This document shows, in pieces, positions 56,060 through 64,000 of a DNA stretch of 64,000 bases. This DNA comes from a virus. The DNA is taken from positions 1-64,000 of the IMG/VR virus record IMGVR_UViG_3300049811_000333; one strand, given 5' to 3'. The notes beneath the pieces were generated by a model, which had not been told where the DNA came from, made no database searches, and saw only the letters and a program-made list of their open reading frames with translations. A program made the translations under genes and the position numbers. Position 1 is the first letter of the stretch. Each line of letters begins with the position of its first letter.

Positions 56060-58198
56060 ATGAGCAATTGGTTCTTTGATCCCCTCCTTCCAGCGGCGGC
56101 CAATTCTCCCGAGCCCGCCAAGCTCCGGGTCACCTTTGTTGAGGTTGAGTTTGCGCAAGGCACGGGCACCTTCCCGGCCTCTGGCGCCATTGCCGCCTCC
56201 GCTACTGTATCGGCGACCGCAAACGTCAAGCGCGCGCGAAGCGCGGCGCTGGCGGCCACGGCAACGCAGGTTGTTGCGGCCACAGCGTTTGGTGGTCGCT
56301 CGCAGTATCCGGCTCCGCTGCCGTCGCTGTCGATGGGCGCGAGCGCTGGTGCTTCGACCTACTCCCGGACGGCGGCCCTTGTCGCGTCCGGAACCCTGGC
56401 CGCTACGGCCGGAGTGACGCGTCCCCGGACCGCAGCTTTGGCGGCCACGGCCGCCACAAACATCGTTGGCGCCCGCTCTCGCGGTCGAACCGCAGCCCTG
56501 GCGGCTGCGGCTGCTATTGCCGCTGTTACCGGTGCTCACCGTCCACGTACCGCGGCCCTTGCCGCCACCGCTGCTGTTTCTGCAGCTGGTCTGCGTGTCG
56601 TCCTTCGCTCGGCGACACTTGCGGCCACTGCCTCCCTTACGTCGGGCCGCGCTGCTAAGCGGGCCGCCTCCGCCACCCTGTCGCTGGCTCTCACACAGCT
56701 GTTTGTGGGCGGGGCTTCGAGGCCGAGAAGTGCCGCGCTGTCTGGCACCGCTTCTCTTGTAACGGCCGCCACAAAGATCGGTTCGCGCAGCGCAGCGCTT
56801 GCGGCAACCGTAGGGATCGTGGCCTCCGGAGGAGCGCGCCGTCCTCGGACGGCGGTTCTCGCGACCACCGCCACTGTGGCCTGTACGGCCCAGCGCAAGC
56901 GCCCCGCCGCCGCCGCCCTTGCGGCGACGGCTTCTGTGGTGGCCACTGGTGTGGCCGGGAAGACCCGGTCTGCGGCCCTGGCTGCAACGGTTGCTCTGGC
57001 ATCGACGGCCACTAGGTCTCGGGGCCGCTCTGCGGCCCTGGCTGCAACGGTTACGCTTGCGGCTGCCCGCATCCGGCTCCGGCCGGGATCGGCCGCTATC
57101 GCGGCATCCGGAACCCTGACGTCGATTGCCCTGGCCACGCGGCCTCGTTCTGCGGCGATTTCTGGCGCGGCTACCCTAGTAGCGGCTGCCACCAGGAAGC
57201 GGGCCAGGACAGCCGCCCTGGCCACGGCGGCGACCATTGCAGCCCTTGCCGGTGCCAAGCGACCCCGGACCGCGGCCCTCTCGGCTGCGGCCACCATGTG
57301 GGTGTTCGCGGCGTCCGGCATCACGGCCCTGATTACGGCGGCGTCAACCCTAACTGCCGCCCGCACCGTCAAGCGCGCGGTCTCCACCAGCCTGACGGCA
57401 ACAGCAGCGCTCGCCTCCGCCGCCGGAGCGCGCCGTCCCCGGACGGCTGCTCTGACGGCTACAGCCACCCTCAGCGCCCAGCGCATCCGGCTTCGCCCCG
57501 CCTCAGCGGCGGTGAATGCCACGGCTGCTATGGCGGTGACGGCGGCGGCGCGCAGGCCCGCCTACGCGACCCTGGTTTCCACCGCTGCCATTGCGGCGAC
57601 GGTTGGAGCCAAACGCAGCCGGTCCGCAAGCCTGGCCGCTGCGGCAACGATCTCACTCTCCGTGGGGAACTCCCGGGGTGCTGCCCTGGCCGCATCTGCG
57701 GTCCTGGCGGCCTCCGGATCCAGGAAGCGCGGCCGTTCCGCGGCGCTGGCAACCACAGCCGCCATCTCCGCTGTGGCGTCTCGCTCGCGTGGGCGGTCCG
57801 CTGCCCTGGCATCCACGGCGGCTCTGACGTCCGGACGCGCGGCCAAGCGGGCCGTCGCGGCCGCTATGTCGGCCGCTGCCGCTGCGGCCACCAATGCCGC
57901 GCGCTCGCGCGGTGTGTCGGCGTCCCTGGCAACCTCTGGCAACATCTCCAGCTTGGAGACGTTCCAGTGGACCAGGTCGGCGTCCCTGGCGGCCTCTGCG
58001 GCCATCTCCGCGGACGCCACTCAGGTCTACGCTCTCAGCTGTTCGATGCGCATCTCCGCCGATCTGAAATGCGGCTGGGGTGAGAGAGCCGAGTTCGCCT
58101 ACGTCAAGGTCATGGCTCCGTATGTCCGGGCCTCCATCAAGGCTCCAACCATCGCTATGAAAGTTAGAGCCCCAACGGTCGAGGTGCTGGTGGCATGA
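56060..58198 (+). CDS. Ala/Arg-rich protein with ~30 tandem 20-aa repeats
   Basis: Consensus R-x-R-[ST]-A-A-L-A-A-T-A-x-[LVI]-x7. Confidence 0.8.
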   Translation: MSNWFFDPLLPAAANSPEPAKLRVTFVEVEFAQGTGTFPASGAIAASATVSATANVKRARSAALAATATQVVAATAFGGRSQYPAPLPSLSMGASAGASTYSRTAALVASGTLAATAGVTRPRTAALAATAATNIVGARSRGRTAALAAAAAIAAVTGAHRPRTAALAATAAVSAAGLRVVLRSATLAATASLTSGRAAKRAASATLSLALTQLFVGGASRPRSAALSGTASLVTAATKIGSRSAALAATVGIVASGGARRPRTAVLATTATVACTAQRKRPAAAALAATASVVATGVAGKTRSAALAATVALASTATRSRGRSAALAATVTLAAARIRLRPGSAAIAASGTLTSIALATRPRSAAISGAATLVAAATRKRARTAALATAATIAALAGAKRPRTAALSAAATMWVFAASGITALITAASTLTAARTVKRAVSTSLTATAALASAAGARRPRTAALTATATLSAQRIRLRPASAAVNATAAMAVTAAARRPAYATLVSTAAIAATVGAKRSRSASLAAAATISLSVGNSRGAALAASAVLAASGSRKRGRSAALATTAAISAVASRSRGRSAALASTAALTSGRAAKRAVAAAMSAAAAAATNAARSRGVSASLATSGNISSLETFQWTRSASLAASAAISADATQVYALSCSMRISADLKCGWGERAEFAYVKVMAPYVRASIKAPTIAMKVRAPTVEVLVA

Positions 58199-58497
58199 GC
58201 CTCTATTTCGCTAGGGGGAACGAGATCTCCTTCGAGGTTTCGTTCCTCGACATCAACCGACAGCCAATGGCCCCGCCGTCCGCGAACTTGTACGTCTCGT
58301 ACAAAGACGCCGGGGTCCGGACAACTGTTACCATCCCCATGACGTCTGCCGGTGGCGGTGTCTTCACCGCGACTTGGGATAGCGCCCCCGCCGATCCCGG
58401 CATCATCGAGTGGCACGCCAGGGCTGGCGGGGGTGACCCCGCCGCTGAGGATGGCAGTTTTCAGCTGATCGCGAACAACGCAAACCCGTCAACGTAA
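58195..58497 (+). CDS. Ig-like virion protein
   Basis: G..I.F.V.F.D..P.SA..G.F.A.W..G. Confidence 0.65.
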   Translation: MSLYFARGNEISFEVSFLDINRQPMAPPSANLYVSYKDAGVRTTVTIPMTSAGGGVFTATWDSAPADPGIIEWHARAGGGDPAAEDGSFQLIANNANPST

Positions 58498-58514
58498 CCT
58501 CTTGGAGGTTTCGC

Positions 58515-58709
58515 ATGCGTTACGTCGTGAAGAAGCCGAAAGCATTCGACGTTGAGGACTGGGACGACGACTCCGTCCCTCATGTCCCGGATCTCACCGT
58601 CTACGACTCTGACGAGTTTGTCTTCACCGGCATTCTCGATCACGAAGGCAATGAGATCCATCGGGCCGACAAGGCTCCGCTGGGTTTCCTCGCGGAGATC
58701 CTCGAATGA
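58515..58709 (+). CDS. Small acidic protein
   Basis: TGILD..GN.I.R..P.GF motif; GGAGG RBS. Confidence 0.65.
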   Translation: MRYVVKKPKAFDVEDWDDDSVPHVPDLTVYDSDEFVFTGILDHEGNEIHRADKAPLGFLAEILE

Positions 58710-59095
58710 AATTTGGAATTTCTGGTCGTCGGAAAGACGTGCGCCGCCTCGCGCCCGTCTTCGACGGGGCCTACACGGGCGCCTCGCCGACCACGCTGTC
58801 TCTTGGTGAGTACGGCACCTACATCAAGACCAGCGGCGCAGGAACGGCCCAGACCGTCGTCCTCCCTGCTGGCGAGTACGTTGGCCAGCGCAAGCTGGTC
58901 ATCCTCAAGGAGAAGGGCATCGCTGGCGACAGTATCACCTTCACCATGACCAATCTGGAAGAGGGCCTCATCAAGGCTATGACGCCTGGTGGCGCCACCG
59001 CGCTTACCATGAACACCGTCGACCAGTACGCTCTCTTCGAGTGGACGGGCGCCAAGTGGAACATCCTGTACACGAACGGCACCCTGACCACCTAA
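58706..59095 (+). CDS. Putative head decoration/fibre protein
   Basis: LP.G...GQ.K..W.G..W pattern. Confidence 0.6.
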   Translation: MKFGISGRRKDVRRLAPVFDGAYTGASPTTLSLGEYGTYIKTSGAGTAQTVVLPAGEYVGQRKLVILKEKGIAGDSITFTMTNLEEGLIKAMTPGGATALTMNTVDQYALFEWTGAKWNILYTNGTLTT

Positions 59096-59270
59096 CCGAA
59101 TTCCGCGGCTTAACGGCTGCGGCCTAACGGACGCTCTGCGGCACGCCGCGTGGTCCCCTAGAAATCCTGCCGCTCCGCGATGGGACGGCAGGTCCTCTCT
59201 CAACCCAATGCTCTGACGCGATGTCAGTTGCGAACCGCGGGCGCGAAGCCCGTAGAGGTAACAACACCCC

Positions 59271-60077
59271 ATGTTCGACTTTCCCTTGACGGTGGACGCG
59301 CTCGATGCGGTCCCCGAGAAATACCGTGCGCTTTACGTGGAAGAGGATGGCGAGTTCAAGCTCGAAGCAGACCTCTTCACCAAGATCGATAAGCTCGCCA
59401 AGACCATCGATAAGGAACGCAAGAGGGCCAAGGACGCTGAGCGCGATGCGAAGTCCTGGGCTGACGTCGGCGACTCCCCCGATGAAGTCAAAGCCAAGCT
59501 GGATCAGATCGAGGCCAAGCACGCCGAAGAGATCGAGAAGCTCCAGAAGCTGATCGACGAGAAGGGCGATAGCGCCGGAAAGATCGAGAAGATCAAGAAG
59601 GAACTGGAAAAGGCCTCGCAGGAAGCCATTTCCAAGAAGGACCAGGAACTCAAGGACATGGAGAGCACTCTCCGGGTCCACCTCATGGAGTCGGCCGCGA
59701 AGGCCGCCATCGCTGAGGAGAAGGGTCGGGTCAAGCCCCTCCTTCCCTACGTTCTTCAGAAGCTTTCGTTCGTCAAGGAGAACGGCAAGTACGACGTTCG
59801 CGTCCTCGATGAGGACGGTGAGGTCCGTCTGACAAAAGACGGAAAAGACATGGGCATCCGAGAGCTCGTGCAGGAACTGAAGGCCGATCAGGACTTCAGC
59901 GCTCTGTTCGAAGGCACTGGTACCACCGGATCCGGCTCGAACCCCAAGGGGTCGGGCGGCGGTGGCGGCGCTCCGCAGAAAAACCCCTGGGCCAAAGACA
60001 GCCTCAACCTGACTGAGCAGATGCGCCTGCAGCGGGAGAACCCCGCGCTCGCGAACCGGCTCAAGGCGCAGGTGTGA
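59271..60077 (+). CDS. Capsid scaffolding protein
   Basis: LD.VPE.YR.LY.E.DG.F.L; coiled coil; G.G..NPW..NLTEQ..NP.LA; directly before the MCP. Confidence 0.85.
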   Translation: MFDFPLTVDALDAVPEKYRALYVEEDGEFKLEADLFTKIDKLAKTIDKERKRAKDAERDAKSWADVGDSPDEVKAKLDQIEAKHAEEIEKLQKLIDEKGDSAGKIEKIKKELEKASQEAISKKDQELKDMESTLRVHLMESAAKAAIAEEKGRVKPLLPYVLQKLSFVKENGKYDVRVLDEDGEVRLTKDGKDMGIRELVQELKADQDFSALFEGTGTTGSGSNPKGSGGGGGAPQKNPWAKDSLNLTEQMRLQRENPALANRLKAQV

Positions 60078-60111
60078 GCTCGCGGCCTCCAGATAATTCA
60101 GGAGAATTTTG

Positions 60112-61083
60112 ATGACCGAAACTCGGTTGTCTAACATGATCGTCCCGGACCTCTTTAACAACTATGTTATGGAGCGCACGGCCCAGCTGTCGCGTCTGCG
60201 TCAGTCGGGGATCATCGCAGATATGTCGGAGCTTCTGGGCGACAAGCTCGGCGGCACGACTGTGAACATGCCCTTCTTCAAGGACCTGACCGGCTCCGAC
60301 GAAGTGGTCGACGACACGCAGAACCTGACGATCAACAACATCACGACCTCGCAGGACGTCGCGGTGAAGCTGTATCGTGCCAAGGTCTTCGGCGCGACCG
60401 ACCTGTCGGGCGACCTCGCGGGCGCTGACCCCATGGCGGCCATCGCCACGCTCTTCGCTGAGTGGTGGGTGCGCCAGGAGCAGACCACGCTCCTCAAGAC
60501 GCTCGAAGGTGCCTTCGGCGCTGCTTCGATGTCCGGCAACGTCCTCGACATCACCGGCCTCACGGGCGCTGCCCAGAACTTCGACGCCGACTCGTTCCTC
60601 GATGCCATCGCCAAGCTCGGCGACCATCAGGACGAGCTCGCTGGCGTCCTGGTTCACGGCGACACCTACCGCGTGATGAAGGGCCTCGACCTCATCGACT
60701 ACATCAAGCCCTCGGACGGCGGTCAGCCGATCCCGACCTGGATGGGTCACTACGTTCTGGTCGACGACACGGCCCCGAAGGACGCTTCGTCCCCGATCAA
60801 CTACACGACCTACATCTTCGGCAACGGCTCGGTGGGCTACGCCCAGGCGCCGACGAAGACCCCGGTCGAAGTTGGCCGCGAGCCGCTGCAGGGCGGCGGC
60901 ACGGACTACATCGTGAACCGCAAGCACTTCATCATGCACCCGCGTGGTATCAAGTGGCAGGGCACGCCGTCCGGTCCGACCCCGACGAACGCCGAACTCG
61001 CAACCGGCACCAACTGGCTGCGCGTCTGGGAAAATAAGAATATCAAGGTTGTCAAGTTCGTTCACAACCTGAACCAGGTCTAA
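60112..61083 (+). CDS. Major capsid protein
   Basis: T.LS..IVP.LF..Y, GG.T.NMPF..DL.G, G.DPM.AI, HPRG.KW, PT.AELA...NW.RV..K.I. Confidence 0.92.
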   Translation: MTETRLSNMIVPDLFNNYVMERTAQLSRLRQSGIIADMSELLGDKLGGTTVNMPFFKDLTGSDEVVDDTQNLTINNITTSQDVAVKLYRAKVFGATDLSGDLAGADPMAAIATLFAEWWVRQEQTTLLKTLEGAFGAASMSGNVLDITGLTGAAQNFDADSFLDAIAKLGDHQDELAGVLVHGDTYRVMKGLDLIDYIKPSDGGQPIPTWMGHYVLVDDTAPKDASSPINYTTYIFGNGSVGYAQAPTKTPVEVGREPLQGGGTDYIVNRKHFIMHPRGIKWQGTPSGPTPTNAELATGTNWLRVWENKNIKVVKFVHNLNQV

Positions 61084-61100
61084 GACCTATACATTGAGTT

Positions 61101-61130
61101 GAGGCGGGAGGGTATACCTCCCGCCTCTTC
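61101..61130 (+). terminator. Hairpin after the MCP gene
   Basis: GAGGCGGGAGG-GTATA-CCTCCCGCCTC followed by TT. Confidence 0.65.
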
Positions 61131-61141
61131 GCATAGAGGTG

Positions 61142-61528
61142 ATGATGATTTCCAACCCCAAGGGCTGGAGGAATAGGCGCGCTGCCGCGCTGGTCCGTCA
61201 GCAAGACAAGGACGCTCGCCGGGACATCAATGCCCAGCGCTGGCGCGCTTTCCAGGGGCTTCCCCCCGAGAAGGCCAAACGAGAAAAGGCCGATGGCGAG
61301 CTCTCCAGCGAGGAGATCGAGCTTGAGATGGCCGCTCTGGCCAACAAGATCGAAGCCAATGTGAACGAGCTTGCGCAGATTGTTTCGGATGCGGCTCCCG
61401 AGCCCGTCGATCCGGAAACGATGTCGAATGGCGATCTCCGTCGCGCCATCGAGGCGAAGGGCTTTGAGGTCCCCAAGACGACCGCTCGCGCCCGCCTGAT
61501 CGAGATCTACAAGGAAAAGGTAGCCTAA
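61142..61528 (+). CDS. Hypothetical protein with a C-terminal HeH/LEM-like motif
   Basis: MS..DLR..IE..G......RA.LI. Confidence 0.65.
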   Translation: MMISNPKGWRNRRAAALVRQQDKDARRDINAQRWRAFQGLPPEKAKREKADGELSSEEIELEMAALANKIEANVNELAQIVSDAAPEPVDPETMSNGDLRRAIEAKGFEVPKTTARARLIEIYKEKVA

Positions 61529-61529
61529 G

Positions 61530-61937
61530 ATGGCCTACGCCACCCAAGCCCAAATCGTGACCATGTATGGCCAGGATCTGCTGGATGCGGTGGCGAGCAG
61601 AGACGGCAGCGGACGCGGGTCTCCAGAGACCATCGCCGCGGCCCTTGATGCAGCGTCAGCTGAAATCGACACCTATTTGAGTGTCCGCTACACGGTTCCC
61701 CTTGTCCCGGCTCCCCCGTACATCCAGCAGATCTGCGTCGACATCGCCGTGTATCGCATGGCCCTCGACATTGGGCCCCGCACAGAAGAGATGCGTCTGC
61801 GCTACGCGGACGCCATTGCGTATCTGAAGAACGTCGCTGACGGCAAGTTCGAGCTTCCGGATACCGGCGGCGGCGAAACGCCAGGCGGCGGCAGCGCAGG
61901 CACAGGGGCGCGCGTTATTGGCGCGAAGCGTGGATGA
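61530..61937 (+). CDS. Mu gp36-like head-tail adaptor (DUF1320)
   Basis: YAT..AL..ASAEID.YL..RY..PL..DIA.Y..RY.DA..L..VA.GK. Confidence 0.9.
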   Translation: MAYATQAQIVTMYGQDLLDAVASRDGSGRGSPETIAAALDAASAEIDTYLSVRYTVPLVPAPPYIQQICVDIAVYRMALDIGPRTEEMRLRYADAIAYLKNVADGKFELPDTGGGETPGGGSAGTGARVIGAKRG

Positions 61938-62419
61938 TCCGGTTCGACGTCGATAAGCGGTCCGTCTCCTACATCACGAGCACCATCAACCGCATCAAAC
62001 TCGCTCTCCGTGGCGGAGCCTCCGCCATGATGCGCGAGATCGGCGAGTTGATGGAGACCCAGCATCGCCGTCGCATCACCTCCGAAAAAACATCTCCGGA
62101 CGGACAGGCTTGGACCCCCAACATTCGCGGCACGTCCATTCTTTTCAAGACCGGCGCCCTGGCTTACGGGTTTCAGTCCCGGGCCAGCATGTTCACCGTT
62201 ACGCTTGGCCCTCCGAGCCTTCCCTACTCCTACATCCAGGAGTCCGGCGGCACGATGACGGGAAGCCCGCACATGGTCTTCCGGGCCAACGGCGATCTGA
62301 TTTACGCGCGCAAAGCCAAGGTCCCAGCGCGCCCGTACATGGGCATCTCCCCGCAGAACTGGGTGGAGATCTCGCAGCTGGTTGACCGCCACATGAGCAG
62401 GATGTTCGGATGGCTGTAG
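61934..62419 (+). CDS. Mu gpG / P2 gpS-like virion morphogenesis protein
   Basis: M..IG..RR..E..PDG..W.P..IL..TG.L..PARPYMGIS. Confidence 0.9.
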   Translation: MIRFDVDKRSVSYITSTINRIKLALRGGASAMMREIGELMETQHRRRITSEKTSPDGQAWTPNIRGTSILFKTGALAYGFQSRASMFTVTLGPPSLPYSYIQESGGTMTGSPHMVFRANGDLIYARKAKVPARPYMGISPQNWVEISQLVDRHMSRMFGWL

Positions 62420-63093
62420 AGCTCTCTCTGAGGCTGAACGCCTACCGGCAGGCCGTGGCCAACGCGATCCGGGAGGGCGTTCCTGATTTTCGCGACGTCA
62501 AGGTCCATGTCGGCTCGTTCGGCGTCGAGACGCTTGAGCGCTTTGTCCAGAACCCTCCCGCGGCCCGCATTTCGTTTCTTGGGATGCGCAGCCTCAAGCG
62601 GAACAACGTGGGCCAGCTGATTGGCCCCTGCACGATGGCCGTGTTCGTCTTCGCCAAAGACCCATACACCAATCAGTCCTATGCGCCGGTCCTGGACCTG
62701 GCCGAGAAGACGGCCGACTTCATCGACATGAACACCTTCGGTCTCGATTACGCAGCGGCTTGCTACGTGACCGACATCGAACCCATTTACTCGGAAGCCC
62801 TCGATAAGATCGGGTCCGGCCTTGTGACCATCACCTTCCGCCAGGAAGTGACGATTGGCCGGTCGCGCGACCTTGTGGACGAGTCCGGCTTCTACCCGGA
62901 TCTCTACGATCCCGAAGTGTTGGCCGCTGGCTGGCCCGGCAATGTTCGCGGCAACGCGTCTTCGAACCTGGGCGTTCCCAACGTGCTGCGTGACTTCCCA
63001 GGCCAGGTCTCTCCGCCAGAGGACTTCACGCAAGACCCGCCGGAGGACTTCATCCAGCAGGGTCCACACCCGGATGAGGATGAGACGCTGTGA
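62410..63093 (+). CDS. Tail completion/terminator protein (Mu gp37-like)
   Basis: Position; V..H.G.F..PA..N.FGL. Confidence 0.6.
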   Translation: MAVELSLRLNAYRQAVANAIREGVPDFRDVKVHVGSFGVETLERFVQNPPAARISFLGMRSLKRNNVGQLIGPCTMAVFVFAKDPYTNQSYAPVLDLAEKTADFIDMNTFGLDYAAACYVTDIEPIYSEALDKIGSGLVTITFRQEVTIGRSRDLVDESGFYPDLYDPEVLAAGWPGNVRGNASSNLGVPNVLRDFPGQVSPPEDFTQDPPEDFIQQGPHPDEDETL

Positions 63094-63233
63094 AGGAAAA
63101 GTTCGCCGCCATCAAGCTCGTGATCGAGAAGCTCCTCAAAGAGATCGACGATCCGCAATCGCAGAAGATGCTGCGCTACATGCTGATGGGCATTACCGGC
63201 CTGCAGCTTTGGCTCCAATACTTCGGACTCTGA
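63090..63233 (+). CDS. Small hypothetical protein
   Basis: GTGA coupling, 47 aa. Confidence 0.45.
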   Translation: MKEKFAAIKLVIEKLLKEIDDPQSQKMLRYMLMGITGLQLWLQYFGL

Positions 63234-63234
63234 C

Positions 63235-63984
63235 ATGGACCTACCGACGCTTGTGCTTGAGCTCTCGCGTCGTCTCTACGACGCGGAGCGGCGCATCAAC
63301 AATCTGATCCGACCCGCTCGCGTAACAGAGGTGGACACCAAGAAGGCTCTGATTAAGGTTGCCTACGCCCTCGATGAGCAGGACCAGGACGTCGTCTCTG
63401 GCTGGATCCCCTGGAGCCCGTCGCGGGCCGGGGAGATCAACAAGTGGGAGCCGCCATCCAAGGATGAGCAGGTTCTGATGGTCAATCTCGGTGGCGAGAT
63501 TGGCCCCATGAGCATGATCACGTCCTCGCTGTGGTCCGGGAAGTACAAGCCGCCCCACGATAAGGGCGCCGAGAAAAAGACCACGGTCCGGGAGAACAAG
63601 AAGAACCCGGACGGCACCGAAGAACCGGACGACAACCTGCCTGCCTACATCTCGCACTACAAGGCGAACAAGGATGATGGCGCGGTTGCCTACAAGAGCT
63701 CTCGGGACAAGTACAAGAACCCGACAAAGCAGGTCGAGGCTGTCACCGGCCAGGACCGGCAGATCGTGAAGGCCACCTCGGGTGGCGTCACGAACCAGCA
63801 CACGCAAACGGCCAACGCCGACATCTATGACAACCCCGGCGGAGATCGCTTCGTCAATTGCGCCAAGATTGCCTATGGCAAGAAGGGCGGGCCGAAGGAC
63901 GGATCGGGCGGCACAGATTACGCCTCCGCATCCATTCCCAGTGGAGACAGCTTCAGCGGCTTTGACGGAGGGGTCACGGCATGA
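63235..63984 (+). CDS. Baseplate spike protein (P2 gpV-like)
   Basis: RR..NLIR..V.EVD..SGWIPW..RAG..W.PP...EQV. Confidence 0.88.
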   Translation: MDLPTLVLELSRRLYDAERRINNLIRPARVTEVDTKKALIKVAYALDEQDQDVVSGWIPWSPSRAGEINKWEPPSKDEQVLMVNLGGEIGPMSMITSSLWSGKYKPPHDKGAEKKTTVRENKKNPDGTEEPDDNLPAYISHYKANKDDGAVAYKSSRDKYKNPTKQVEAVTGQDRQIVKATSGGVTNQHTQTANADIYDNPGGDRFVNCAKIAYGKKGGPKDGSGGTDYASASIPSGDSFSGFDGGVTA

Positions 63985-64000
63985 GCACGATGAGCCCTTC

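Noticed and set aside
56200-58050. 60-nt periodic DNA as a CRISPR array or DGR
   Set aside because: The periodicity is at protein level; there are no identical DNA repeats and no reverse transcriptase in the window.

Overview
64 kb of a temperate tailed phage genome, probably infecting Alphaproteobacteria (it encodes GcrA and a DUF6456-like protein) and probably with a contractile tail (Mu/P2-like neck and baseplate genes). No host genes are seen. Order: 5'-truncated endolysin and metallophosphoesterase; leftward SSB/RecT/RecE block; CI-like repressor divergent from gcrA-ruvC-dnaB; exonuclease, DUF6456-like and Prim-Pol genes; a 5'-half tRNA-Pro fragment (candidate attP); a long leftward early region (2 HNH, tyrosine integrase, XRE, DUF932, M28-like peptidase, a 577-aa unknown protein, three atypical tRNA-Glu-like genes); a 2.7-kb compositionally odd, probably terminal region; small genes including an AdoMetDC-like gene; then terS, terL, portal, a degenerate tRNA-Trp, a ~10-kb putative fibre module, scaffold, major capsid, neck and baseplate spike genes. 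The best candidate for a new system is the locus of three tRNA-Glu-like RNAs, all with 8-nt anticodon loops, directly upstream of the unknown Cys-motif protein and the M28-like peptidase. All family calls come from motif recognition by eye, not from database searches.
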